From a virus (Duplodnaviria > Caudoviricetes), in IMG/VR virus record IMGVR_UViG_3300027791_000026, positions 1 to 57,215 of that record: DNA of 57,215 nt. The stretch is one strand, 5' to 3'. Numbering within the stretch: position 1 is the first letter of the stretch; each line of letters begins with the position of its first letter. Position numbers and translations under genes: made by a program. The notes below the pieces were generated by a model that saw only the letters and a program-made list of their open reading frames with translations, made no database searches and was not told where the DNA came from. This document shows, one piece after another, positions 29,088 to 38,140 of the stretch.

Positions 29088-31097
29088 TTATCTCTTATTT
29101 TGTCTAACTTCAATAAACGGGTTAGTAACAGTTACTGTTTGAGTTGATGGTGAAATTGTTTGTACATTATTAATACACGAGAGAAGGCTATGTGTAGACG
29201 TAGTTATTACACCTCCGGTGGTGCTTCTACCATAAGTAAAACTCGCGGTGCATGCACTATTAGTAATAGTACCGTAGTTACGACAAAATTGCGCCTGTAA
29301 TTTATATGTAACACTACCGATACCTGGAGTGGTATCTAAAAAGGTATTAGTATTAGTCGCCGGTAATACAGTACCATTTCTTACCACACGTACTTGAGCT
29401 CCATATGTAAAAAGAGCCGAGTTCATACGGCACATGTTTGTACCATTTCTACCACTTGTATTGTCACATCTTACCGCTGTGGTTGCGCTTTTAGATAAAT
29501 CACCTGCATATCCAACCGATATTGTAGTCGGGCATCCTGCTGATACTACCGTTGCTGTAGCTAAATCTACATATGATCCAAGAGGAGTTAAAGAAGTCCT
29601 GCTCGTCAGGGATCCTACACTAAAAGTTTTATCATTTCCTTGCCCCACAGAACATGAACTAATTGCTTGACCATTTATTTGTAAAGTGTCAACTGAAAGG
29701 TCTTTAATACATGCACCGCACATTCTTACGCAGTTATCAATTACTGAAAAAGGTGATCCGCAATTGCTTCTAGTTTGATCAGCAAGTATAAAACAATCAG
29801 CTTGTATTATCATATCAGAACTACCACCACCTGAATTTAGGCAAAAACCTGAAACAATACCGCAAGTATTTAATTGAACACCATATTTAGCTTGTATTGA
29901 AGCTACACCATTTGAGGCTGCTGTTGCTAATGAACAAGCTTGTGTAATACTACCAGTACCGCTACCTTGAATAGTATTAACATTCGTCGTTAACGTTGAA
30001 ATACTATTTGCCTGCCCGGTAATACAACCATCAATACAGCTAATACAACTATCTAAAGTAGTGTTGTCAGTTTGTAGCTGTGTTATATTAGAGTTAGCAG
30101 TTGATGCTTGAGATTGAAGAGTAGCTATAGATGTACTTTGACTACCTACATCTAGATTAGTAATTTGGGTTTGTAAATTTGCTGTAAGAGTTTGTAAAGA
30201 AGTAACTTTTGAAGATTCAGTTGCAATAGATGACGCTAATGAGCTTATTACGCTAGAATTTGCTTTACCTGTTAAAGTCTCATTAATAGTTGTGATTTCA
30301 TTATTAATGCTAGTAACACTACTTGCAGCTCCGGTTGCCACTCCTTCAGTTGTAGTAATCCTACTTTCTAATGAATTGACACAAGTTGCAGTTGCTGTAG
30401 CATCAACTCTACCATCTAACTCTGATATACACCCATTTATAGTGCAAATACTAGTACCGTTATTACATATATCAGTCTCATTTTTACTTATTCTTTGATT
30501 TAAACAATCAACTGCTATAGCATTACCGCATACATCCAAAGCATTTATCTGACTTTGCATATCAACAATTTTATTAGATTCTGTTTCTACACAACTATCC
30601 AAAGAATTTACTTGACTAAGTAGATTATCTACAGTACTTGCTGATGCTTTTAAAAGGAGCTGACCGTTTATTGTATTAACGCATGAGCTTAAAGTTGTAA
30701 ACCTGGTCCTAACGTTATTAATTGCATTACCATTACTTTCGACCGTATTTCTTAATATATCTGTTTCGGATATACATGATCTTACATCTACACAACCACT
30801 TAAATCAGTTAAACAGCTATATATATTAGTTATATTACTTTGTAAATTGGTTATATCGGTATCATTGCATTCAATTGAAGCACATAATGAAACAGTATCT
30901 GTAATACATTGAGTTATTGTTGCACTTTGTTGTTCAACAATCGTTTCAAACTGATTCGTCCGGTTAGTTGTTTCCTCTAGGAAAGTACTGGCTTTTATCT
31001 TAAAAGTATTGTCATTTATTGATATTGGTATAAAACCATTTGGTACATCAGTAATGTCTTCTTTATTAATTAACTCTGAAATTGAAATACCTGCCAT
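29088..31097 (-). CDS. Cys-rich tail fibre (coiled coil plus DUF1983/host-specificity-J-like domain)
   Basis: Heptad S/T/N/Q-rich shaft; KYGVQL...G.VSGF.L...SD.IIQAD.F...PF.V....V.M..A.IKD pattern; 32 Cys in 669 aa. Confidence 0.7.
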   Translation of the reverse strand: MAGISISELINKEDITDVPNGFIPISINDNTFKIKASTFLEETTNRTNQFETIVEQQSATITQCITDTVSLCASIECNDTDITNLQSNITNIYSCLTDLSGCVDVRSCISETDILRNTVESNGNAINNVRTRFTTLSSCVNTINGQLLLKASASTVDNLLSQVNSLDSCVETESNKIVDMQSQINALDVCGNAIAVDCLNQRISKNETDICNNGTSICTINGCISELDGRVDATATATCVNSLESRITTTEGVATGAASSVTSINNEITTINETLTGKANSSVISSLASSIATESSKVTSLQTLTANLQTQITNLDVGSQSTSIATLQSQASTANSNITQLQTDNTTLDSCISCIDGCITGQANSISTLTTNVNTIQGSGTGSITQACSLATAASNGVASIQAKYGVQLNTCGIVSGFCLNSGGGSSDMIIQADCFILADQTRSNCGSPFSVIDNCVRMCGACIKDLSVDTLQINGQAISSCSVGQGNDKTFSVGSLTSRTSLTPLGSYVDLATATVVSAGCPTTISVGYAGDLSKSATTAVRCDNTSGRNGTNMCRMNSALFTYGAQVRVVRNGTVLPATNTNTFLDTTPGIGSVTYKLQAQFCRNYGTITNSACTASFTYGRSTTGGVITTSTHSLLSCINNVQTISPSTQTVTVTNPFIEVRQNKR

Positions 31098-31102
31098 AAT
31101 TA

Positions 31103-31133
31103 TATTTATTTAATCGATACTTTACACTAAATA
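31103..31133. promoter_or_regulatory. Divergent pair of late promoter boxes
   Basis: Minus TAAATA 31108-31103 (5 nt to ATG 31097); plus TAAATA 31128-31133 (6 nt to ATG 31140). Confidence 0.7.
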
Positions 31134-31139
31134 TTTTAA

Positions 31140-34100
31140 ATGCCTATTAACAAGAAATCATTTAAAACCTTAGAGCCTATTTTCTTTGAAACTCCAGATA
31201 AAGATACTGAAATGGTTAAAGAAACTTTTTCCACGTCTCAAGGGTTAACTCTTAACAAATATAAATTATTTGAAAATTTAAACGATTTAAAAGTTAAAAA
31301 CTTTAGCGTCAATGTTCTTACCGATGAAGTCGATTATAATGATTTCTATAAATACGATTTAGGTAAAAACTTTCAATTTTTAGATTATAACACATCCATT
31401 GCATTTAACGCGTTAAATGATTTATCTGCTAGTTCATTCTTAAGTTTTGATAGATCTAAAAATTTTAATAGTTCACTAACAAATATAGATTTTTATGGTG
31501 GAGGGGATGATCAATCATTTGTATTAGATTTTATTGATGATAAATTATGCACTATAAAAGCTATAGATAATGGTATAATTAAATTTCTTACAGTTATGGA
31601 AGAAGAATCTAATGATATAAAATTTACATCTCTTACAAATAACTACATATCAACCAGTTCATTCATGTTTGAATATGATTTCGATAAAACTAATTTGTTT
31701 ATTACCCTATTTAAAACCTTAACAGGGGGAGGGTTTAAAGTATTAGCCCCGCTAAGTGGTTCTTTATCATTAGAAACCCCTACCAACTCTAGTGTAGATG
31801 CTGGAACAATAAAAATATCTGACCAACAAGCTACAATAACAAAAGATGATTTAAATAGTTTTATTTTTTATGATAAAGAACATAATATTAGTAACGAAAC
31901 TTTAAAAAATCAGAAAAATAATTACATTGGTTGGTACCCGTATGAAATTACAGCTTTGAGTGGAGATGTAAGTGAAGGTCAATCACAAAGATTTATAAAT
32001 GTTATAGATTTCATGAATCTTAGAAATCAAGTGTCTAATGATAATTTTGTGAACCCCGTATTACCGTTATCTGGTAACCAAGTCAGTCAAAAAAAATATA
32101 GCTCTCTTTTAAACGTCGATAATAAAGAATTTGAAAATGAAGAAATGTTATTAGGTTATAATTTCTTTACAAAAGAATATAACTTTTTACCAGATAAATA
32201 TACTAAATTTACTTTACCTGATAGTTTATTTCCGTATAGAAGATTGAATATAAATGATAGTAATTTATCAAAAGCTGGTGCTTATGCTGGAGATTCACCA
32301 TATTTTAGTGATAAAGTATTTAAACTTCTTGATGCTAATAAAAATAAAAATAAGGGGGCTGGTGATTTAGTTAATATTTTCTTACTAGAAGATAGAGGAT
32401 TTTTATTATTACAAAATGGGTTTAGACTGGGTAATGAAAATTATAATGACCCTGGAGATACTGATAATAATGGTTCTTTGCTTTGTTCGTGGTTAAGCGG
32501 CAATAGTTATGAAGAGGGCGTTTGGTTTGATAGATATTACAACCCACAAAAAGTATCATATTTGACAGCTATAACTGGAGTCGAAGAACAAGCGTTTGAA
32601 AAGCAATCACAAGCTAAAAGATATTTTAGACAGAATGGTATTGATTCAGCTTTTTACGATATAAAGAGTAATTTAGTTTTCGAACCAGAGGCTACTTATT
32701 ATTACCAAAGAATCGGTGAAAAATATATCAATAAAATTATAGACGGTATTGATGGTAAATTGATAAAAGATACATTTAATTTAAAACTATCAGGTCAAGA
32801 ATTATTAAATGAACCTGAATTAGTGTTTGATAAAAAAGCATACGATATTACAGATTTTGACCTACTCAATCTGAAAGACTTTAATATAAGTTTTGATCTA
32901 AAATTAGATACTTTAAAATCTTTAGACTCTTATCAAATATTTGGTAATTTATATCAAGATGGATTTGCATTGAAGAATAATTTTTATTTTACCCCATTCA
33001 TATTTATACCTCAAGGAAATAAATTAATAATATATGATAAGGATTTTAATGTATTAACTGAAAATACGTACCCTAGTATAAGCGCCATTAAAGATGTATT
33101 GTATTTAGAACAACATAATAATATAGTGATTGTCGGTAATGATAGAATTATTAAAACAAGCTTTACCGGGGAATTGTTAGATCAAAGATTATTAAATACA
33201 TCTATATTAGGTGATTCTACTATTAATTCAATTGTCAGTTCGTATGATAATAGATATTTTTATGATTATAATAAAGTATTATTTTTAACCAGAGGGGATG
33301 ATAAAATTAAAAGTTTAGATTTAAATAATTTATCTCTTTCAGCCACACTAAATAGCAGGTTATCTTCTGGTTCGTCGATAATTCAAAATGCTTCAGGTAA
33401 TTTTGTACCATTAACAGGGTTTAGAGGTAAATATTTAAACAATGATACAGGTGTATCTTTAACTGATAGAAATACTATTCTCTTTCAGAATATTGAGAAT
33501 TCTATAACGTTAGGTAATTTATCTACTAGTAGACATGTTTATGATATTAACACGTATGATGAAAAATTATATATTCAAAGTTTTACAACTAACCCTGCTA
33601 GCTCAGGTTTTATACATGTGTTTTCTTCAGAAAGAGAATTATTAAGTACTATTAATTTATCTACTTCAGCAGTGTCGGGGGCGAGTTTAGATTTTGTAAA
33701 TGATGATGGTAAAATAAAAATATTATCATTCGGTAAAAGTTCTAGCGGTAATTTAATTGTAGACAAAATCGATGTTGAAGACCCATATAACCTCGAAAAT
33801 ACAAGAACATATTCTTTACCCTTAACTACGAATAATATTAGTTTTGATAACGGGCAACACCCATCGTTTCATTTTAACCCAGTTAATTTTCAAAGCATAT
33901 ATTACAAATATAAAGATAGGCAAAACAAATTACATTTCGTTGTTAGTTTAGATACTTTTTTCGATTCAACTTTAAATAAAACTAAATGGAATACAGCTGG
34001 TTATACATATACTAATCCAAAAGACACATTAAGTGGGTGGGGTGCATCATTTTTAACCACCAGTATTAATAATTTAAAGAGTCAAGAATCTTTTATAGAA

Positions 34101-34646
34101 TTAAAAGATTTAAAACTTAATAATGATATGTCTTTTAATTTTAAATTAAATGATGGTTTAATTGAAGTATTCTTAAATGGTAATTTAGCTGGAACTGTAA
34201 AATTTACACCTAATAGATTAGCTCTTAATAGACTAATTTTTCCAGATATTTTTTATAATACACCTAATATTAAGAATAATCCAATTGATAAATTAATTAC
34301 TACAGATGAATACTATGGTAAGGGTGGTACTATTCGTAATTTTAAATTATATAATAATATACTAGAAGATAATTTTATAAACTTTTTACATTTAAAAGAT
34401 AAAAAAATAGATAATATTAATTTTGATATAACTACTGGTACAAGAAGTAATCTTGAAGAAATGAATAATATATATAACGTTAATTTACCTGGTATAAAAA
34501 ATAACAATGTAAAGATTTATGTTAAAAATGCTAATTTATCTAAAAATGATCAAGAAAAATTTCAAAAGTTTTTAAATAACAAATTAAAAAGAGTTTTACC
34601 TAGTAATATAGATACAATTAAGTATGACTTCGATATAAACATATAA
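31140..34646 (+). CDS. Large virion protein with probable LamG-like and beta-propeller regions
   Basis: 1168 aa; FNISFDLK ... IEVFLNG ... G.IRNFKLYN LamG-like elements flanking blade-like repeats. Confidence 0.55.
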   Translation: MPINKKSFKTLEPIFFETPDKDTEMVKETFSTSQGLTLNKYKLFENLNDLKVKNFSVNVLTDEVDYNDFYKYDLGKNFQFLDYNTSIAFNALNDLSASSFLSFDRSKNFNSSLTNIDFYGGGDDQSFVLDFIDDKLCTIKAIDNGIIKFLTVMEEESNDIKFTSLTNNYISTSSFMFEYDFDKTNLFITLFKTLTGGGFKVLAPLSGSLSLETPTNSSVDAGTIKISDQQATITKDDLNSFIFYDKEHNISNETLKNQKNNYIGWYPYEITALSGDVSEGQSQRFINVIDFMNLRNQVSNDNFVNPVLPLSGNQVSQKKYSSLLNVDNKEFENEEMLLGYNFFTKEYNFLPDKYTKFTLPDSLFPYRRLNINDSNLSKAGAYAGDSPYFSDKVFKLLDANKNKNKGAGDLVNIFLLEDRGFLLLQNGFRLGNENYNDPGDTDNNGSLLCSWLSGNSYEEGVWFDRYYNPQKVSYLTAITGVEEQAFEKQSQAKRYFRQNGIDSAFYDIKSNLVFEPEATYYYQRIGEKYINKIIDGIDGKLIKDTFNLKLSGQELLNEPELVFDKKAYDITDFDLLNLKDFNISFDLKLDTLKSLDSYQIFGNLYQDGFALKNNFYFTPFIFIPQGNKLIIYDKDFNVLTENTYPSISAIKDVLYLEQHNNIVIVGNDRIIKTSFTGELLDQRLLNTSILGDSTINSIVSSYDNRYFYDYNKVLFLTRGDDKIKSLDLNNLSLSATLNSRLSSGSSIIQNASGNFVPLTGFRGKYLNNDTGVSLTDRNTILFQNIENSITLGNLSTSRHVYDINTYDEKLYIQSFTTNPASSGFIHVFSSERELLSTINLSTSAVSGASLDFVNDDGKIKILSFGKSSSGNLIVDKIDVEDPYNLENTRTYSLPLTTNNISFDNGQHPSFHFNPVNFQSIYYKYKDRQNKLHFVVSLDTFFDSTLNKTKWNTAGYTYTNPKDTLSGWGASFLTTSINNLKSQESFIELKDLKLNNDMSFNFKLNDGLIEVFLNGNLAGTVKFTPNRLALNRLIFPDIFYNTPNIKNNPIDKLITTDEYYGKGGTIRNFKLYNNILEDNFINFLHLKDKKIDNINFDITTGTRSNLEEMNNIYNVNLPGIKNNNVKIYVKNANLSKNDQEKFQKFLNNKLKRVLPSNIDTIKYDFDINI

Positions 34647-34647
34647 A

Positions 34648-36540
34648 ATGAAAAATAAAAATACAATTTATGAAACAACGGTAAGTGAAAAGGTAGGGTT
34701 TACAACTGGTAACGAATTTGCTTTAACAGGTAGCAATTATATTGGTTATTATAATATTCTTGATAATAAGGCTTATGCAGGAAAATTTGATAGAGATACA
34801 CTTTTACAATCATACGGTACTATTGAATCGATAATTATTTTAAATAAAGATTTAAACTTTGATAGAGTTGTTGAAGATGAAATTTTATTGCCTTTTAAAT
34901 TGGATGAGATTTTATTCCAACCAAACGAAATTGTAAATAAGAATACTCTTAATTTAAAACTTACTCAATTATATGAGAATTTTACGGAAATATTTAGATA
35001 TGGTAAATTTCCAAGCCCTAAGGTACCGGTACAATTTACTGGTTTTGCACTTTTAACGTCGGATGGACCAGCTGGTGGTTATACTAATTCCTTTATTAAA
35101 TGGGTACCAACAAATACTGAGTTAATATCGGCTGCGAGCGAAACTGCAGCGTTTGGTAATTTTAATAGTGTATTTGAAACAACCGATGATATAAATCTTG
35201 ATATCCTAAAGTTTAAATTTGATGATAAATACACTATATTTTTATCTGCAAATGATACTATCTTTTCATTTGAAGTGGATGACCCTGGAATAGGTGAACA
35301 ACATACTACGTTTAATTTTATTGCAAGTGCAAATGCAGTTGGTGATTATAATAGTTTATCATTTAATAAAATTACCAATACCGCAAATAATAGTAGAAAT
35401 ACTTTATTTGTAGCTGATTCTGGTAACAATACTATTACGAAGTTAGATGTTACAAATATAGTTAATTTGGATAGAACCGGTATTAGAGACTTTAAATACA
35501 TCGAACAAATCGGAGGAATAGGAAATAATGAAACTAATTTTACAAACTTAGAAAAAATTATATACGGTGGTAAGTTTATATATACATATGATGCTGGTGA
35601 AAAGGTTATTAAACAATTTACTGAAGATTTAGTTTTTATAAAAAAATATGTAAATAATAAATTATTTAAAAATAATGAATTTGTAAATTTTGCTTATAAT
35701 ATTTTTAACAGAAATCTGTATATATTATTTGCTAATAAAAAAATAGTTGTTGTTGAGACAGAATATTTCCAAACAATAGATGAATATGAATTAGATCAAA
35801 ATAGTTTTAATGAAGAAAAATTAGAAAAAATTATTTTTTCTGAAAATAATTCCAACATATACTATATACAAACTAATTTCGGGGTTTATAAATACCTTTT
35901 AAGTCGTAAAAATAAATTGATAGCTGAATGGCAATTGTTAAAAAATGTAGCTTTTAATGTACCATGGGAACAAACTAATTCATTATATAACTTAAACTTA
36001 GATAAATGGGAAGGATTTATGCAAGGACCTGATAACTACAATTATATTGATATTGATGTTTTACCCTCAAATAATAATTTTGATAAATTGGTGTTTATGT
36101 CTAAAAAGAATATATTAGAATATTCAGAAAATGAAGAATTTTTAACATTATTCAGTAAAGATTCACCGGACCTATATAATCTTAATCAAATATTGTTTGA
36201 ATTTGAATACTTTAATTCGATAACTTTAAATACTGCATTGTATAAGTTATTATACAATCACAATTTAATAGCAAATAGAATATCTAAAAAGGTCTCTTTA
36301 AAATTTGACAAAGGTAGAAAAATATTTGATGATATATCTCATTTAACCCCGGAAGAAAAATTAAAAATAACTCTATCAGGTACAGAAAATTTTTATGCTG
36401 GTGTGAATGAAACAATGTCTACGCTAGTTTTTAACCGAATTTTAAAAAGTTTTCATGACTACCAAATTGATATATTAAAACTATTACAGGTAGAAACTAT
36501 TAATTTAAAAATTCCGCCTTTATCTACTATCACCTTTTAA
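34648..36540 (+). CDS. Virion protein with NHL-like beta-propeller
   Basis: LFVADSGNNTITK, IGG.G....F, IYTYDAGEKVIKQF; TATAAACA variant box 6 nt upstream. Confidence 0.6.
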   Translation: MKNKNTIYETTVSEKVGFTTGNEFALTGSNYIGYYNILDNKAYAGKFDRDTLLQSYGTIESIIILNKDLNFDRVVEDEILLPFKLDEILFQPNEIVNKNTLNLKLTQLYENFTEIFRYGKFPSPKVPVQFTGFALLTSDGPAGGYTNSFIKWVPTNTELISAASETAAFGNFNSVFETTDDINLDILKFKFDDKYTIFLSANDTIFSFEVDDPGIGEQHTTFNFIASANAVGDYNSLSFNKITNTANNSRNTLFVADSGNNTITKLDVTNIVNLDRTGIRDFKYIEQIGGIGNNETNFTNLEKIIYGGKFIYTYDAGEKVIKQFTEDLVFIKKYVNNKLFKNNEFVNFAYNIFNRNLYILFANKKIVVVETEYFQTIDEYELDQNSFNEEKLEKIIFSENNSNIYYIQTNFGVYKYLLSRKNKLIAEWQLLKNVAFNVPWEQTNSLYNLNLDKWEGFMQGPDNYNYIDIDVLPSNNNFDKLVFMSKKNILEYSENEEFLTLFSKDSPDLYNLNQILFEFEYFNSITLNTALYKLLYNHNLIANRISKKVSLKFDKGRKIFDDISHLTPEEKLKITLSGTENFYAGVNETMSTLVFNRILKSFHDYQIDILKLLQVETINLKIPPLSTITF

Positions 36541-36541
36541 T

Positions 36542-36547
36542 TAAATA
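36542..36547 (+). promoter_or_regulatory. Late promoter box
   Basis: TAAATA 6 nt before ATG 36554. Confidence 0.65.
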
Positions 36548-36553
36548 ATTTAT

Positions 36554-37249
36554 ATGGCAGGACTAGATTTAACAGGTAATCAAATATCAACCACGTACAA
36601 GTCTTTACTAAAAACTACTGACAACGTTGAACTTCCAACCACTGGTAAAGTTAGAATTACTGACGGTAAGGGTAATGACTCATCTTTATTCATTGCACAA
36701 GGTAGCGGTGGTGTTCAAGTATGTGGTAACTTTAGCGCAACAGGTGATTCATCAGCTACAAATTTAATAGCTACTACTAAAGGTACATTCGGTAATATTC
36801 AAACTACAGGAGCTGCTACTATAGGTGGTGCTGCTACTATAGGTAGTAATTTAGGTGTAAGTGGAACAACAACTTTAGCAAATGTAAATGCTGCTGCTGG
36901 TACCTTTTCTGGTAATATTATCGCTGCCGGTTCAATAACTGCTAGTGGTGACGTTGTAGCTTTTTCTTCATCGGATAAAAAATTAAAAGATAATTTAAAT
37001 AAAATTAACGATTCTGAGAATATTATAAATAGCTTAACAGGTTATACATTCGACTGGAATGATAAATCAGATAGAGAAGGTTCTGATATAGGGGTAATTG
37101 CTCAAGATGTTAAAAAGGTATTACCAACTATTGTTAATGAAAGAGATGATGGTTATCTAGCGGTAGATTATATTAAATTGATACCAGTGTTAATCGAAGA
37201 AGTTAAAAGATTAAATTCGGAAATAAACGAACTAAAAAATAAAAATTAA
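36554..37249 (+). CDS. Short fibre/spike with C-terminal intramolecular chaperone (peptidase S74)
   Basis: SSDKKLKDN, GYTFDW, GVIAQDV..VLP, VDYIKLIPVLIE. Confidence 0.88.
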   Translation: MAGLDLTGNQISTTYKSLLKTTDNVELPTTGKVRITDGKGNDSSLFIAQGSGGVQVCGNFSATGDSSATNLIATTKGTFGNIQTTGAATIGGAATIGSNLGVSGTTTLANVNAAAGTFSGNIIAAGSITASGDVVAFSSSDKKLKDNLNKINDSENIINSLTGYTFDWNDKSDREGSDIGVIAQDVKKVLPTIVNERDDGYLAVDYIKLIPVLIEEVKRLNSEINELKNKN

Positions 37250-37252
37250 ATA
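37247..37252 (+). promoter_or_regulatory. Late promoter box overlapping upstream stop
   Basis: TAAATA 6 nt before ATG 37259. Confidence 0.6.
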
Positions 37253-37258
37253 ATATAT

Positions 37259-38140
37259 ATGGCAACTTTACAAGATCAGAATATTCAAGATACCTATTTC
37301 GGTTTAATTAAAACTGAAAATAACTGTTTACTCTCTCACCAAGCCGGTAGAATAAATTTAACTGATGGTCATGGTAATTTTTCATCTATAAGTGTAGGTA
37401 AGCAATCAGATTCAGCTGGGTTAGCAGTTTGCGGGGCTTTAATAAGCTCAGGAGCTGCAACTATTAACGGTAGTATAAATGCTGCAGGGTTAATATGCAC
37501 TTCGGGTAAAATTTGTGCTAATGATTGCATTGATACAGATAAAAATTTAGTTGCAAGTGGTGGGGTCTTAGCTAACGGTATATCAATCGGTAAAGATTCA
37601 TTTGGATGTTGTTTAACAGCACCTAGTGAAACTATTCAATTAAATGATAGTAATAGTTTGAGAGTTGTATTCGGAGGGACACAAAGAAGTATATTACAAA
37701 ATAATGGAGATTTTAGCGTAACCGGTAAAGTCACATCAAGTGGAATCTGTTCTACTCAGGCCGCGGTAATTGACGGAAATATAACAGCTTGTAACGCGAC
37801 GTTTAACGGTGATGTAAACGCCTCTGGTGCAATCAGAGCTGACGGTGATGTCATAGCTTTTTATTCTTCGGATAAAAACCTAAAAGATAATGTAAATAAA
37901 ATTGAATCTAATAATGTAATCGATAGCATAGATAGTTATGAATTTGATTGGAATTCAAAATCAGATAGAGAAGGGAAAGGCTTTGGATTTATAGCTCAAG
38001 AAGTTCAAGAGGTATTACCTCACGTAGTTAAACAGAGTAGTAATGGTTATTTAGGGGTAGATTATATCCAGTTTATACCTCTTCTAGTAAAAGAAATTAA
38101 AGATCTTAAGACTAGAGTAAACGAATTAGAAAATAATTAA
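37259..38140 (+). CDS. Paralogous short fibre/spike with peptidase S74 chaperone, Cys-rich
   Basis: SSDKNLKDN, FDW, GFIAQEV, VDYI..IPLL; N-terminus I..TY..L.KT..N...TDG.GN.SS matches upstream paralog. Confidence 0.88.
   Translation: MATLQDQNIQDTYFGLIKTENNCLLSHQAGRINLTDGHGNFSSISVGKQSDSAGLAVCGALISSGAATINGSINAAGLICTSGKICANDCIDTDKNLVASGGVLANGISIGKDSFGCCLTAPSETIQLNDSNSLRVVFGGTQRSILQNNGDFSVTGKVTSSGICSTQAAVIDGNITACNATFNGDVNASGAIRADGDVIAFYSSDKNLKDNVNKIESNNVIDSIDSYEFDWNSKSDREGKGFGFIAQEVQEVLPHVVKQSSNGYLGVDYIQFIPLLVKEIKDLKTRVNELENN

Noticed and set aside
36554-38140. Diversity-generating retroelement or invertible fibre cassette
   Set aside because: No reverse transcriptase or recombinase recognised; I saw no adenine-specific TR/VR pair or inverted crossover sites, only ordinary paralog divergence
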